From positions 480,001-544,000 of the forward strand of contig JAKFCY010000003.1 in the NCBI GenBank assembly GCA_036676395.1: 64,000 bases of DNA, given 5' to 3'. This DNA is from Bdellovibrio sp. (GTDB taxonomy: Bacteria; Bdellovibrionota; Bdellovibrionia; Bdellovibrionales; Bdellovibrionaceae). The translations under genes were made by a program, and so were the position numbers. This document shows, piece after piece, positions 38,056 to 48,798 of the stretch. Within the stretch, counting starts at the first letter, position 1, and each line of letters opens with the position of its first letter. The notes beneath the pieces were generated by a model. It was not told the origin of the DNA. It saw only the letters and a list, made by a program, of their open reading frames with translations, and ran no database searches.

Positions 38056-38448
38056 ATGAAGAAGTTCTTATTCGTTTTTATTTTTTTTCTTAATTGTTTA
38101 GCCTTAGCTGCGACACCCAATGAACAGGCGTGTGCAGATAAAACTCAAAAGCAAAATGAAATGCAGCTAATCTCTGCAAAGTTATCGCGTAGTGAACAGC
38201 TCGGCATGAATACCGAAAAAGAAACGCAAGCTATGACATTAGCTCAGCAAGAATTAGATAGAGCCGAAGAGGCTTGTCCAATGACAAAAGATGAAGCCTG
38301 CGCAGTTCGAGTTTTAAAAAAGAAGCAATACGATGCTTTAATCGGAAATATTTCAAGAAATCCATTAATGGATATGGACGGCGCACTTAAAAAATTAAAA
38401 GCCGTCTCTAAAGAATACAAACACGCAAAATCAATCTGCCCCCAGTAA
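38056..38448 (+). CDS. Secreted helical Cys-containing hypothetical protein
   Basis: SD aggggg; signal peptide; four Cys in two similar halves (EQAC...EACP / DEAC...SICP). Confidence 0.7.
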   Translation: MKKFLFVFIFFLNCLALAATPNEQACADKTQKQNEMQLISAKLSRSEQLGMNTEKETQAMTLAQQELDRAEEACPMTKDEACAVRVLKKKQYDALIGNISRNPLMDMDGALKKLKAVSKEYKHAKSICPQ

Positions 38449-38466
38449 CATCACAAATACAGAGCG

Positions 38467-38496
38467 AAAAAAAAGGAGCCCTAAAGCTCCTTTTTT
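38467..38496. terminator. Bidirectional terminator
   Basis: A8-ggagc-cctaaa-gctcc-T6 between convergent genes. Confidence 0.85.
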
Positions 38497-38553
38497 AATT
38501 TTTGAGATCTTTTCTTTTTGAAATGCATTGCATTTCAAAAAGGGAGGGACTTC

Positions 38554-40065
38554 CTAAAACTGCTTAGCAATCTCAACGAATGTACGAACCATTACGCCTG
38601 TTGCGCCTTTTGGTGAGCAGTAATTTAAACGATTACCACAAGCCCAGCCGGTACCGGCGATATCAAAGTGAGCCCAAGGAATACCTTCAGCTACGAATTG
38701 CTCTAAGAATGCTGCTGCTGTTCCAGAACCCGCACCACCTGTGTAAGAGATGTTTGAAAGGTCTGCGTATGTGCCTTTCATATCTTTAGTGTGGTGTTCA
38801 TTGAATGGCATATTCCAGATGGCTTCGCCAGAAGTTGATCCTGCTTTTTCAATTTTAGTTTTTAAAGCCGAGTTTTTAGTAAAATATCCTGTGTGGATAT
38901 TACCTAAAGCAACAACCATAGCTCCAGTTAAAGTCGCTGCATCGATGATCGCTGCAGGTTCTTGTTCAGAAGCATACACTAAAGCATCAGACAGAATTAA
39001 ACGGCCTTCAGCATCAGTGTTGTTAATTTCAAAAGTTTTGCCATTACGTGCCGTGTGCACATCACCTGGTTTAGTTGCGCTGCCGTTAATCATGTTTTCA
39101 GTTGCAGGTACGAACGCGATCACATTTACTTTTAATTTTAATTGAGCGATAGCTAACATTGTTCCGATAACTGCAGCGCCGCCGCCTTTATCGTATTTCA
39201 TTTCTTCCATTTTAGCGCCTGGCTTAATGCTTACGCCGCCGCAGTCAAAAGTTAAACCTTTTCCTACGAATGCCAATGGTTTTTTAGTTTTGGCTGCGCC
39301 AAAATATTCCATAACGATAAAACGTGGCTCTTGATCAGAACCTTGAGCAACACCTAATAGGCCGCCCATTTTTTCTTTTTCAATGCGTTTTTTATCCCAT
39401 GATTGAACTTTTAAAGCTGTGCCTTTAGCGCCGCGAATAGCTTCGTTGCCTAAGATTGTCGGTGTCATCAAGTTACCTGGCATATCACCTAAGCGACGTG
39501 CGAAGTTAGTGCATGAAGCAAGGATAGTCCCTTCGTTAAATGCAGCGATGATACCTTTTTCTTTACCGGCTTTAGATACTAAATGAACATTGATAGTTTC
39601 ATCTTTTTTGTCTTTAGGTTTTGATTTTAACTCATCGAAAGAATAGCCAGCTAAGTTTAAACCTTCTACGAAAGCTTGTGTGTATTCAGCTAAATCTTTT
39701 TTGCTTGAAGCTAAACCGTCTAATTGAACAAACGCTTCGTTAGCTTTTAAAGCTTTAATTTCTTTGTATAAAGCGGCTGCGGCCTGACGAACAGTTTCGT
39801 GTGTCATTTTGCTGTCAGCGCCTAGACCCACTGTGATCACATGGCGAAAATTATTTAAATTAGCTTCACGAAAAGAAACGGTTTCGTTAGCTGCTCCTGT
39901 GATTAGTTTATCGTCTAAAGAAGCTTCGAAGATTTCGTTAACGTCTTTATCAGTGATTTGTGCTGGTTTGTCTTTTTGCGCATTGGTTTTTGCAAAAAAC
40001 ACTACCGTTTGACCTGTTAATGTTGAAATATCTTTCGCGTGCAAATGGACTTGCAAATTAGACAT
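38554..40065 (-). CDS. pepA: Leucyl aminopeptidase (M17)
   Basis: VGKGLTFDCGG, MKYDKGG, NTDAEGRL, ATLTGA, HFDIAG. Confidence 0.96.
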   Translation of the reverse strand: MSNLQVHLHAKDISTLTGQTVVFFAKTNAQKDKPAQITDKDVNEIFEASLDDKLITGAANETVSFREANLNNFRHVITVGLGADSKMTHETVRQAAAALYKEIKALKANEAFVQLDGLASSKKDLAEYTQAFVEGLNLAGYSFDELKSKPKDKKDETINVHLVSKAGKEKGIIAAFNEGTILASCTNFARRLGDMPGNLMTPTILGNEAIRGAKGTALKVQSWDKKRIEKEKMGGLLGVAQGSDQEPRFIVMEYFGAAKTKKPLAFVGKGLTFDCGGVSIKPGAKMEEMKYDKGGGAAVIGTMLAIAQLKLKVNVIAFVPATENMINGSATKPGDVHTARNGKTFEINNTDAEGRLILSDALVYASEQEPAAIIDAATLTGAMVVALGNIHTGYFTKNSALKTKIEKAGSTSGEAIWNMPFNEHHTKDMKGTYADLSNISYTGGAGSGTAAAFLEQFVAEGIPWAHFDIAGTGWACGNRLNYCSPKGATGVMVRTFVEIAKQF

Positions 40066-40213
40066 GAGAGCATCCTTCCGAAGCTACTAAATTCACTTCA
40101 ATTTATAGAGACCCATATTGTCCCAAATTGATAAAGGATTGAAGCATAATTCTTAAGAAGAGGCATTTCGACTAGACTGGTCGAGGCTTTTTCTGGACTC
40201 ATGTTAAAAAAAA

Positions 40214-40241
40214 TAAAGTGTGAACATTAAAAGTCCGAAAA
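40214..40241 (+). promoter_or_regulatory. Putative sigma28-like promoter upstream of clpP
   Basis: TAAAG-N15-TCCGAAAA. Confidence 0.4.
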
Positions 40242-40315
40242 ATACATAGCGCAATCAACACCCAAAGTGGGTAATGAAGTAGCAGCAAAGACGACAACTA
40301 GAACAGGAGCCTCCA

Positions 40316-40921
40316 GTGGCAGTAATACCATACGTAATAGAACAGACAAATAAGGGCGAAAGATCTTATGATATTTACTCAAGACTTTTAAAAGATCGCA
40401 TCATTATCTTAGGATCAGCAGTGACAGACGAGGTCGCCAACGCAATTATTGCCCAAATCTTGTTCTTAGAGGTGGATAATCCTGAAAAAGACATTCAATT
40501 TTATATTAATTCGCCAGGTGGCAGCGTTTCTGCAGGCATGGCGATCTACGATATGATGCAATTCGTGAAGTGCGATATCGCAACTTATTGTTTAGGAATG
40601 GCAGCCAGCATGGGCTCTTTGCTCTTAACTGCTGGCACTAAGGGGAAAAGATACTCAATGCCTAGTTCTAGAATCATGATCCATCAACCGCTTTTAGCTG
40701 GTGGTGGCTTATCTGGGCAGGTAACAGATATCGAAATCCACGCCAGAGAATTGATTAAGACGAAAGAAAAGTTAACTCGTATTTATGAAAAGCACACGGG
40801 TAAAGACTACGCAACACTTCACGCGGCTATGGAGCGCGATAATTTTATGGATGCTAAAACAGCCTTAGATTTCGGTTTAATTGACCATGTGATTGAATCT
40901 CGTAAAGCGAACAAAGGATAA
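40316..40921 (+). CDS. clpP: ATP-dependent Clp protease proteolytic subunit
   Basis: [34 protein letters not shown]. Confidence 0.98.
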   Translation: MAVIPYVIEQTNKGERSYDIYSRLLKDRIIILGSAVTDEVANAIIAQILFLEVDNPEKDIQFYINSPGGSVSAGMAIYDMMQFVKCDIATYCLGMAASMGSLLLTAGTKGKRYSMPSSRIMIHQPLLAGGGLSGQVTDIEIHARELIKTKEKLTRIYEKHTGKDYATLHAAMERDNFMDAKTALDFGLIDHVIESRKANKG

Positions 40922-40924
40922 TAG

Positions 40925-42208
40925 ATGAAAGACGCTCAATTAAGATGCTCATTTTGTGGTAAAGGCCAAAAAGAAGTTAAAAAACTTATTGCAGGCCCAA
41001 GCGTTTATATCTGTGACGAATGTATCGATCTTTGCATGGATATCATCGACGAAGAAAAAGACAAAGAAGTTGCGGTTAAGGGAGCTTTCAGAGTTCCGAA
41101 ACCAGCAGAGATCAAAGCTTTCTTAGATGACTATGTTATCGGTCAGCTTTCTGCGAAGAAGACAATCGCTGTAGCAGTTCACAATCACTACAAGCGTATC
41201 AATGCTCTTCAAGGTAAAAAAGCAACTGATGTTGAATTACAAAAATCAAATATTTTATTAGTTGGTCCGACAGGATCAGGTAAAACATTAATCGCTCAAA
41301 CTATCGCACGTGTATTAAATGTACCGTTTGCAATGGCAGATGCGACGACGTTAACTGAAGCTGGTTACGTGGGTGAAGACGTTGAAAATATCGTTCTTAA
41401 TTTATTACAAGCGGCTGATTACGATATCGAAAAAGCAAAACGTGGAATCATCTACGTGGATGAGATCGATAAAATTTCTCGTAAATCAGAAAATCCATCA
41501 ATCACTCGTGATGTATCGGGTGAGGGTGTACAGCAAGCATTATTAAAAATTTTAGAAGGAACTGTTGCGAACTTACCTCCAAAAGGTGGTCGTAAACATC
41601 CACAACAAGAATTTATTCAAGTCGATACAACAAATATCTTATTCATTTGCGGTGGTGCTTTCTCTGGTTTAGATAAAATCGTAGAAAACAGAACTGTTAA
41701 TAAATCGATGGGTATCGGCGGAGAAATCAATCACAATGCTGACGGTGACACAGAACACTTATTAGCAAAAGTAACTCCTGAAGATTTAACAAAGTTTGGT
41801 CTTATTCCAGAGTTCATCGGTCGTTTACCGGCAATCGCTACTTTAGCACCGTTAAAAGAAGATGCTTTAATGGAAATCTTAACTCGCCCTAAAAATGCGA
41901 TCACTAAGCAGTACCAAAAATTATTCTCTTTCGAAGGTGTTGATTTAAGATTTACTGATGAAGCTTTAAAAGCAATTGCTCGCGAAGCTTTAAAACGTAA
42001 AACAGGTGCCCGCGGTCTGCGTGGTGTTATCGAATCATCAATGTTAGATGTGATGTATGATGTTCCGGGTTTAACAAACGTTAAAGAAGTGATCATCGAC
42101 GAAAAAGTAATCCAGGAAATGGCGCAGCCGAAAATGGTTTATTACACAGATGACGAAATGAAGGCTAAAGCTGAAAAAGCGAAAAAGTCTGAATCAGAAT
42201 CTGCCTAG
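40925..42208 (+). CDS. clpX: Clp protease ATP-binding subunit
   Basis: CSFC zinc finger, [29 protein letters not shown]. Confidence 0.98.
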   Translation: MKDAQLRCSFCGKGQKEVKKLIAGPSVYICDECIDLCMDIIDEEKDKEVAVKGAFRVPKPAEIKAFLDDYVIGQLSAKKTIAVAVHNHYKRINALQGKKATDVELQKSNILLVGPTGSGKTLIAQTIARVLNVPFAMADATTLTEAGYVGEDVENIVLNLLQAADYDIEKAKRGIIYVDEIDKISRKSENPSITRDVSGEGVQQALLKILEGTVANLPPKGGRKHPQQEFIQVDTTNILFICGGAFSGLDKIVENRTVNKSMGIGGEINHNADGDTEHLLAKVTPEDLTKFGLIPEFIGRLPAIATLAPLKEDALMEILTRPKNAITKQYQKLFSFEGVDLRFTDEALKAIAREALKRKTGARGLRGVIESSMLDVMYDVPGLTNVKEVIIDEKVIQEMAQPKMVYYTDDEMKAKAEKAKKSESESA

Positions 42209-42231
42209 TTAGAAAATTAAAAGAAAAAAAT

Positions 42232-42266
42232 AAAAAAAAGGAGAGTGTTCAGCTCTCCTTTTTTTT
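42232..42266. terminator. Bidirectional terminator
   Basis: A-run-ggagag-tgttcag-ctctcc-T-run. Confidence 0.85.
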
Positions 42267-42283
42267 ATTCTGTAATCTAAGAA

Positions 42284-43702
42284 TTATTGTTCAAAAACAT
42301 CGTTAGCACCTTGTCCGCCACCAAGCGCAAGGCCGGGTAATGCCGGAGTGTTTTCAGGAGCTTCGTCTTCATCGTAGTTATCCATGTTGTCTTTAAGTGG
42401 ATTGTCCATGATGTAATTAAACGGTACGCCACGAACCTGTTTTACTAATTTAATTAATTCAGCGTTAATCATCGCACGAGCACGGTTTTCTTCTTTTCTA
42501 GACATTGAAGAAATCTGAACGTTATAAAAGAAATAATGTGGGCCATTTGTGCTGTTGATTACACCACCTAAAGCGATGTTGGTTCCGACGGTTCCGGTTT
42601 TAGCGACAACCATGCCACGTGTTTGTGGTTTTGTGTAAGCCGCTCCACCAACAGTAGAGCCCTTATCAACGCCCATTACGGCAACGATGTCAGTGATTTG
42701 TTTCTTTTGTTTTTGCACCGCTGTGTTTAGGGCACGAATCGTACGAACTACAACGCTACAAGAAGCTTCGTTGTATAAACGCCCAGAACCATCTAAATCG
42801 TGATTTTGTCCTGAACCATTAACAAATGAAAATTCAGATTCAGAAACTTTTAAAGTATCGTAATAGAAAGAATTTAATTTTTCTAAACCGCCGGCAGCCA
42901 CTAATAGACGATTTGAAGAGTGGTTGTTTGAATTCCAGTTCATTGATTTAATAATGGTGCGCATATCTTGAGAAGACACGTAAAGTTTAATTGCGTTTGC
43001 AGCTGGTTTAAATTCATTTGAAGCTTTGAACGAAGTTTTTGCGACAACAAAACGCGGAGATTTAAAAAGTTCGATACCGGCAGCCTTAGCAGTTAAATAA
43101 GTTTTAGAATAATCAGCTAAGATCACGCGTTGTTCTTTTAGTTGCGCTTCAACTAATTCTTTAGGCGGGTAATTTAAAGTCGCTTTTAAAGTCGTTGGGC
43201 GAACATAGGTGCGCGAAGGCACAGTTACTTTTTTTCCTTGTTTATTTTTAGTTACGCGATAACCAACCACGACAGAAAAGCCATTATAGGCGTCAGTATC
43301 GTGAAGATATTTTACATTTTCATCAAATGTAAGATTACGAATATTTTTAACTCCCGCTTCATTTAAACGAGAAACAATCATTTGCATTTTATAACGGTTG
43401 AAATATGGATCAGCGCTTCCTGTGATGTGTACATCGTGCGTAGTTTTATCAACCGGTGTAGCAAACACTTGTGTAGAAAAAGTTGTGCCTAAGTCGAAAG
43501 TCGTTGTGGCTAATAAACTAGTAAACAATTTAGAAACTGATGCAATTGGGTACTTAATGTTGATATTTGTACCTTTAATCTCTTTCATGTTCTGGTCCAT
43601 ATGACATGAACTAATCATCTTTGCGCCATAAACAGAATTCGCCACCAATGTGCCGATCATAAAAGACAAAAGAATAGGTTTGTTTACTAACTTGTTTAAC
43701 AT
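42284..43702 (-). CDS. Secreted DacB-like (peptidase S13) D,D-endo/carboxypeptidase
   Basis: SxxK (ASVSK), GSADPY, SxN (SNN), NGSG, KTGT; signal peptide; start at 43702 or 43705. Confidence 0.85.
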   Translation of the reverse strand: MLNKLVNKPILLSFMIGTLVANSVYGAKMISSCHMDQNMKEIKGTNINIKYPIASVSKLFTSLLATTTFDLGTTFSTQVFATPVDKTTHDVHITGSADPYFNRYKMQMIVSRLNEAGVKNIRNLTFDENVKYLHDTDAYNGFSVVVGYRVTKNKQGKKVTVPSRTYVRPTTLKATLNYPPKELVEAQLKEQRVILADYSKTYLTAKAAGIELFKSPRFVVAKTSFKASNEFKPAANAIKLYVSSQDMRTIIKSMNWNSNNHSSNRLLVAAGGLEKLNSFYYDTLKVSESEFSFVNGSGQNHDLDGSGRLYNEASCSVVVRTIRALNTAVQKQKKQITDIVAVMGVDKGSTVGGAAYTKPQTRGMVVAKTGTVGTNIALGGVINSTNGPHYFFYNVQISSMSRKEENRARAMINAELIKLVKQVRGVPFNYIMDNPLKDNMDNYDEDEAPENTPALPGLALGGGQGANDVFEQ

Positions 43703-43730
43703 CACGTACCACCTGTTTGAGATGACATAA

Positions 43731-43746
43731 AGCAAGATAGAAACCC
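43731..43746 (-). promoter_or_regulatory. Putative sigma54 promoter of the dacB-like gene
   Basis: Minus strand GGGTTTCTATCTTGCT (GG-N10-GC, TTGC). Confidence 0.45.
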
Positions 43747-43925
43747 CATTAAAGCTAATATATGCGACTTGGAGCAAGCATTGTCTAGTTATGTATCAAA
43801 TTGAGCTGTAAATTGTTAGTCAGGTGATCGTGTAAATTTTGACTTCAGGACCCAAAGATATTTTTATTTCTACAATAACGAAAAAGGCTTTGCTCTTTAG
43901 AAGTAACCCAATAAAATGATATGTA

Positions 43926-43941
43926 AGGCCGCGGTTTTGCA
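43926..43941 (+). promoter_or_regulatory. Putative sigma54 promoter of lon
   Basis: AGGCCGCGGTTTTGCA (GG-N10-GC, TTGCA). Confidence 0.55.
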
Positions 43942-44090
43942 TTCAATATAAATCACTTTATAATGAATAAATTAACCGCTCCCGACCAAGAAAGGGTCAC
44001 AAACCCAATCTCTGGTACTCGGTTAGGATAACCGGGGCGAAAAACTGGTAAAATGATTTACCGGTTTTATTCAAGGAAGGAGTTCTTTCA

Positions 44091-46616
44091 ATGGCGAAAA
44101 CAAACACAGCCGATACTCAACAACTACCCTTACTTCCTCTACGTGATCTCATCATCTTTCCTCATATGATGATGCCGTTATTTGTAGGACGTGAAAAAAG
44201 CATCAATGCATTAGAAGATGCTATGAGCAAACAAACGGATATCATTTTAGCAGCGCAAAAAGATGCTAAAACAAATAACCCTGAAGAAAAAGATATCTAC
44301 ACTATCGGCACTGTGGGTTCAATCATCCAACTTTTACGTTTACCAGATGGTACAGTAAAAGTATTAGTTGAAGGTAAACGCAGAGCACGCATCAAAGGTT
44401 TCGTACCGAATGATGGTTTCTTTGTAGTTAACTGCGAAGTCATTGAAGAAGAAGTTGAAAATCCAACTGAGGCTTCGGCTTTAGTCAGATCTGTAAAATC
44501 AACTTTTGAAACATACGTTAAATTAAATAAACGTATTCCACCTGAGATTTTAATGCGCGTTTCAAGCATTGAAAGCCCAGGAGAATTAGCTGACATTATC
44601 GTGGCTCAGTTAAATCTTAAATTAGAAGACAAACAAAATATTTTAGAAATCCTTGATCCATCTAAACGTTTAGAAAATCTATTAAACCTAATGACAGGTG
44701 AAATCGAAATTCTAGAAGTTGAGAAAAAAATTCGCACGCGTGTGAAAAAACAGATGGAAAAATCGCAGAAGGAATACTATTTGAATGAGCAAATGCAGGC
44801 TATTCAAAAAGAACTTGGCGAAAAAGATGATTATCAAGCCGAGTTAGAAGACCTTTCGACTAAGTGCAAAGATAAGAAAATGCCTCAAGAGGCAAAAGAT
44901 AAAGTTAATAAAGAAATCAAAAAATTGAAATTGATGTCACCCATGAGTGCTGAAGCTACTGTTGTAAGAAATTACATTGACTGGGTTTTATCGCTTCCTT
45001 GGACTGACTACTCAGAAGATCGTCATGACGTGAAAAACGCCAAGAAAATCTTAGATGAAGATCACTGGGGATTAGAAAAAGTTAAAGATCGTATTTTAGA
45101 ATACCTTGCTGTTTTATCGTTATCGAAAAACATGCGCGGGCCTATTATCTGTCTTGCCGGCCCTCCGGGCGTAGGTAAAACATCTTTAGCTAGATCTATC
45201 GCTGAATCTCTTAACAGACCATTTGCGCGTATCTCTTTAGGTGGCGTACGTGATGAAGCAGAGATTCGCGGTCATAGAAAAACATACGTAGGCGCGATGC
45301 CAGGTAAAATCCTGCAAGCATTACGTAAAGTTGATAAAGGCAATCCGGTAGTTCTATTAGATGAAATCGATAAAATGGCTAATGACTTCAGAGGTGACCC
45401 AGCGTCAGCAATGCTTGAAGTATTAGATCCAGAACAAAATTCATCTTTTTCGGATCACTATTTAGAGCTTGAGTACGATTTATCAAATGTGATGTTCGTG
45501 GCTACAGCAAATAATTTAGGTAATGTGCCAAGACCGTTACTTGATCGTATGGAAATCATTTATTTAGATGGTTACATCGAGCAAGAAAAGTTTCACATTG
45601 CTAAGAATTATTTAATCCCGAAACAAATCGGCAATCACGGTTTGAAAGATCTAAATATTACAATGAATGATAAAGCAGTTCGCGATGTTATTCGTTACTA
45701 CACTCGTGAAGCGGGCGTTCGTAACTTAGAGCGTGAATTTGCAAACGTGTTTCGTAAGGTAGCTAAAGACGTTGTTATGAATAACATGATCGACGATCTT
45801 AAATCTGAAGGAACGGCGACTACAAAAACTAAAGCTGCGCCGGCTAAAAAAGCGGCTAAAGGCAAAGCGGCTGCTAAAACTGCTAAAGCGCACAAAAAAG
45901 ATGGCTACGTAATTACATCAGAAAAACTGGTTGAATTACTTGGGCCACACAAACTACGCCATGGCGAGATCGAGAAAACAAACGAGATCGGTCTTACAAA
46001 TGGTATGGCTTGGACAGAAGTGGGCGGAGACTTACTAGCAGTAGAAGTTTCTGCGGTTCCGGGTAAAGGTAAATTCACAGTCACTGGTCAATTAGGTGAT
46101 GTGATGAAAGAGTCTTGTTCGGCAGCGATGAGCTACGTACGTTCTCGTGGACCTTTATTTGGTTTCGATAAAGAGTTTTACGCAAACATCGATATTCATA
46201 TCCATTTACCAGAAGGCGCTACTCCAAAAGATGGTCCTTCAGCAGGTATTGCTCTTGTAACTTCGGTTGTATCAGCGATCACGAAAATCCCGGTTCGTCG
46301 CACAGTTGCGATGACTGGCGAGATCTCGTTACGTGGTAAAGTATTAGCTATCGGTGGTTTAAAAGAGAAAGTCTTAGCTGCTCATCGTGGTGGTATTAAG
46401 ATGATTATCTGCCCGAAAGAAAACGAAAAAGATCTTAAAGACATTCCAAAAGAAGTTCTTAAAGAGCTAAAAGTGATCTTGGTAGACCATGTTGATCAAG
46501 TTTTAATCAACGCTTTAGACATTAAATCGCCTAAAGAGTTGTTCAAAATGCAGTCAGAGCGTGAATTCGGTATCAAAGCCAATTACACCGGGCAACAAGT
46601 TCATACTCAGCACTAA
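44091..46616 (+). CDS. lon: Lon protease
   Basis: [35 protein letters not shown]. Confidence 0.98.
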   Translation: MAKTNTADTQQLPLLPLRDLIIFPHMMMPLFVGREKSINALEDAMSKQTDIILAAQKDAKTNNPEEKDIYTIGTVGSIIQLLRLPDGTVKVLVEGKRRARIKGFVPNDGFFVVNCEVIEEEVENPTEASALVRSVKSTFETYVKLNKRIPPEILMRVSSIESPGELADIIVAQLNLKLEDKQNILEILDPSKRLENLLNLMTGEIEILEVEKKIRTRVKKQMEKSQKEYYLNEQMQAIQKELGEKDDYQAELEDLSTKCKDKKMPQEAKDKVNKEIKKLKLMSPMSAEATVVRNYIDWVLSLPWTDYSEDRHDVKNAKKILDEDHWGLEKVKDRILEYLAVLSLSKNMRGPIICLAGPPGVGKTSLARSIAESLNRPFARISLGGVRDEAEIRGHRKTYVGAMPGKILQALRKVDKGNPVVLLDEIDKMANDFRGDPASAMLEVLDPEQNSSFSDHYLELEYDLSNVMFVATANNLGNVPRPLLDRMEIIYLDGYIEQEKFHIAKNYLIPKQIGNHGLKDLNITMNDKAVRDVIRYYTREAGVRNLEREFANVFRKVAKDVVMNNMIDDLKSEGTATTKTKAAPAKKAAKGKAAAKTAKAHKKDGYVITSEKLVELLGPHKLRHGEIEKTNEIGLTNGMAWTEVGGDLLAVEVSAVPGKGKFTVTGQLGDVMKESCSAAMSYVRSRGPLFGFDKEFYANIDIHIHLPEGATPKDGPSAGIALVTSVVSAITKIPVRRTVAMTGEISLRGKVLAIGGLKEKVLAAHRGGIKMIICPKENEKDLKDIPKEVLKELKVILVDHVDQVLINALDIKSPKELFKMQSEREFGIKANYTGQQVHTQH

Positions 46617-46649
46617 TAAGATTCTGTTAAAAAACTGAATAAATACTTT

Positions 46650-46690
46650 AGAAGGAGAGCCTAAAAACTCTCCTTCTTGCTTTTTATTTT
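46650..46690 (+). terminator. Terminator after lon
   Basis: agaaggagag-cctaaaaa-ctctccttct followed by a T-rich tract. Confidence 0.75.
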
Positions 46691-46890
46691 GGCATAAATG
46701 GTATTATTCAGTGCAATGTTCTTAAAAACCTACATAACTGTATGAAATTTTTAAGTTAACTCAAGAATCACAGAGCCCTTAAATTTAAAAAAATTCGACT
46801 AGATGTAAGTTTGTTGACCCGATCTTACAAAATCTGTACTTTCCTTTTCATTCATTTCCAGACGAAAAACTGACAAAGGATTAACACAAA

Positions 46891-48003
46891 ATGAACGCAG
46901 ATCGTGTATACGAACTAGGTAAGCTCTACTGCGATCGTGGTGATTATCAACTAGCATTACCCAACTTGATTGAAGCCGCAGACGCCTACTTAGCCGAGAA
47001 AAATTTTGAGGTTTACTTAAAAGCTGCTCAGCATATCTTACGTATTTATGCTGAACGTGAAGAGTTTGAACGCCTATCAGCGTACAAAGAAAAGCTGCAA
47101 GACACCGTTATCCGTGAAAATATTCAATTAAATTCACGCGTGTATTATGTTTTTGGTATCGCCGCTGTTTACAAAGGCCAAATCGAAAACGGTTTAGAAT
47201 ATTTTAAAATTGCTTTAGACCATGCTTTAAAAACTGATCACAAAGAAGACATCTGCTTTGCGATCTTAGGTATCGCGATTTGTTACCGTCATCAAAAACG
47301 TTACGAAGAATCGTTAAAAGAAATTTACAATTTAAATATCTTTACCCAATTCACCGACAACGTAGATTTAAAAACATCTGTGTTATCAGTGAACGCGAAC
47401 ATTTTAATTTCACTTAAAAAATACGACCAAGCTTTAGATTTATTATGGCAGGCCTATGATGTGACTAAACAATCGAAAAAGATGGCAACATCTTTAACGA
47501 TCATGGGTAACATCGGCGTTTGCTTATTTGAATTGGGTCAACGTGATGCTGCTAAAATTTATTTCGATTTAGTTTTACGCAGTGTTGATACAGATAATTC
47601 AAAAAAAATCTTACGCTCGTATGAAAATTACATCGATAGCTACAAGAACACGAACAAAGACACTTTTGATTTATCTTTCGACTTTGATAATCACTTAGTT
47701 AAAGAACGCCAATTAGGTAAAATTGATTTCAAAAACCAATTTATTCTTTTGGATCTGTTAAAACTGTTTATCTCTAAACAGGGTGAAGTGTTTTCAAAAG
47801 AATACCTTGTCGAACACATCTGGAAACAAGAATATGATCCGGCAGTTCACGACAATAAAATCTATGTGACGATTAAGCGTCTTAGAAAAATGATCGAGCC
47901 AGATTACGATCGTCCAAAATATATTTTTAGGTCTAAGAACGGTTATTTCTTAAACAAATCAATCAAAGTTAGTGATCAGATTGCTCAAGAGGGGAGAGTC
48001 TAG
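46891..48003 (+). CDS. TPR-repeat protein with a C-terminal OmpR-type winged-helix DNA-binding domain
   Basis: Several TPR motifs; GEVFSKEYLVEHIW...IYVTIKRLRKMIE...YI...NGY. Confidence 0.85.
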   Translation: MNADRVYELGKLYCDRGDYQLALPNLIEAADAYLAEKNFEVYLKAAQHILRIYAEREEFERLSAYKEKLQDTVIRENIQLNSRVYYVFGIAAVYKGQIENGLEYFKIALDHALKTDHKEDICFAILGIAICYRHQKRYEESLKEIYNLNIFTQFTDNVDLKTSVLSVNANILISLKKYDQALDLLWQAYDVTKQSKKMATSLTIMGNIGVCLFELGQRDAAKIYFDLVLRSVDTDNSKKILRSYENYIDSYKNTNKDTFDLSFDFDNHLVKERQLGKIDFKNQFILLDLLKLFISKQGEVFSKEYLVEHIWKQEYDPAVHDNKIYVTIKRLRKMIEPDYDRPKYIFRSKNGYFLNKSIKVSDQIAQEGRV

Positions 48004-48596
48004 TGAAACAGGTAGCTTTATTATTAACGGTAGTATTATCGGGGTTATTCGCGCACGCACAGGTAGATGATGTCGGCGGGGATAAGCAAACTAAGGTAGG
48101 TTCTTGCGGTTATAACACATCAGGTGGGGGCGCAGATACTTTTCCTTGGTCATTAGCTCAACCATTTCCTTGGGATTCAATTCAAGGTTTATGGAAAGTC
48201 AGCGACGATCCAGATCAAGTCGTTCGTATGCGTGTAGTTCGCCAAGACCAAAAAGTTAAACACTTGAGCGTAGATGTGCTTTCACGTCTTGCATGTGCTT
48301 CGACGATGAAAGGTGTTGGTATCATCACGGCCGCTGAGAAAAACGTAGTCCGTTTAAGCTTAACGGATACTCAAGGCCAAACTCATTTAATGAAGTTAGC
48401 TTTCTTTGATACTCGCGATCTAAAAATGGACACGAATGTCTGCGGCCAATCAGTTTTGGCGGCTACAGTGGTTCATTTTGAAGGCGAAGGCGAAGACGAT
48501 GGCAGTAGTGATCAAAAACCAGCAGAACAATCAAATATGATGCTGAAAAAGATTACAAACTCGACAGAGTTCTACTGCAAAAAACGCAGAAGATAG
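48003..48596 (+). CDS. Secreted hypothetical protein
   Basis: Signal peptide (AHA); FPWS.AQPFPW..IQGLW motif; SD ggggag. Confidence 0.7.
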   Translation: MKQVALLLTVVLSGLFAHAQVDDVGGDKQTKVGSCGYNTSGGGADTFPWSLAQPFPWDSIQGLWKVSDDPDQVVRMRVVRQDQKVKHLSVDVLSRLACASTMKGVGIITAAEKNVVRLSLTDTQGQTHLMKLAFFDTRDLKMDTNVCGQSVLAATVVHFEGEGEDDGSSDQKPAEQSNMMLKKITNSTEFYCKKRRR

Positions 48597-48656
48597 TATT
48601 TTTTAGTTGAACGCGGGCTATAGCTTATATATATCTATAGCCCAATCGCAAACGAC

Positions 48657-48732
48657 AGGGAATTAGCTCAGTTGGTAGAGCGCCACCCTTACAAGGTGGA
48701 TGTCGTCGGTTCGAATCCGGCATTCCCTACCA
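48657..48732 (+). tRNA. tRNA-Val(UAC)
   Basis: Acceptor stem AGGGAAT/ATTCCCT, D-arm AGCTCAGTTGGTAGAGC, anticodon arm CCACC-CTTACAA-GGTGG, GTTCGAATC, encoded CCA. Confidence 0.97.
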
Positions 48733-48755
48733 TTTTCAGACATTTAGTTTGTGAT

Positions 48756-48784
48756 AAAAAAACCAGCCTCGCAGCTGGTTTTTT
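48756..48784. terminator. Bidirectional terminator after the tRNA
   Basis: aaaaaaaccagc-ctcgca-gctggtttttt. Confidence 0.85.
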
Positions 48785-48798
48785 AGTTTTACGGGTAT

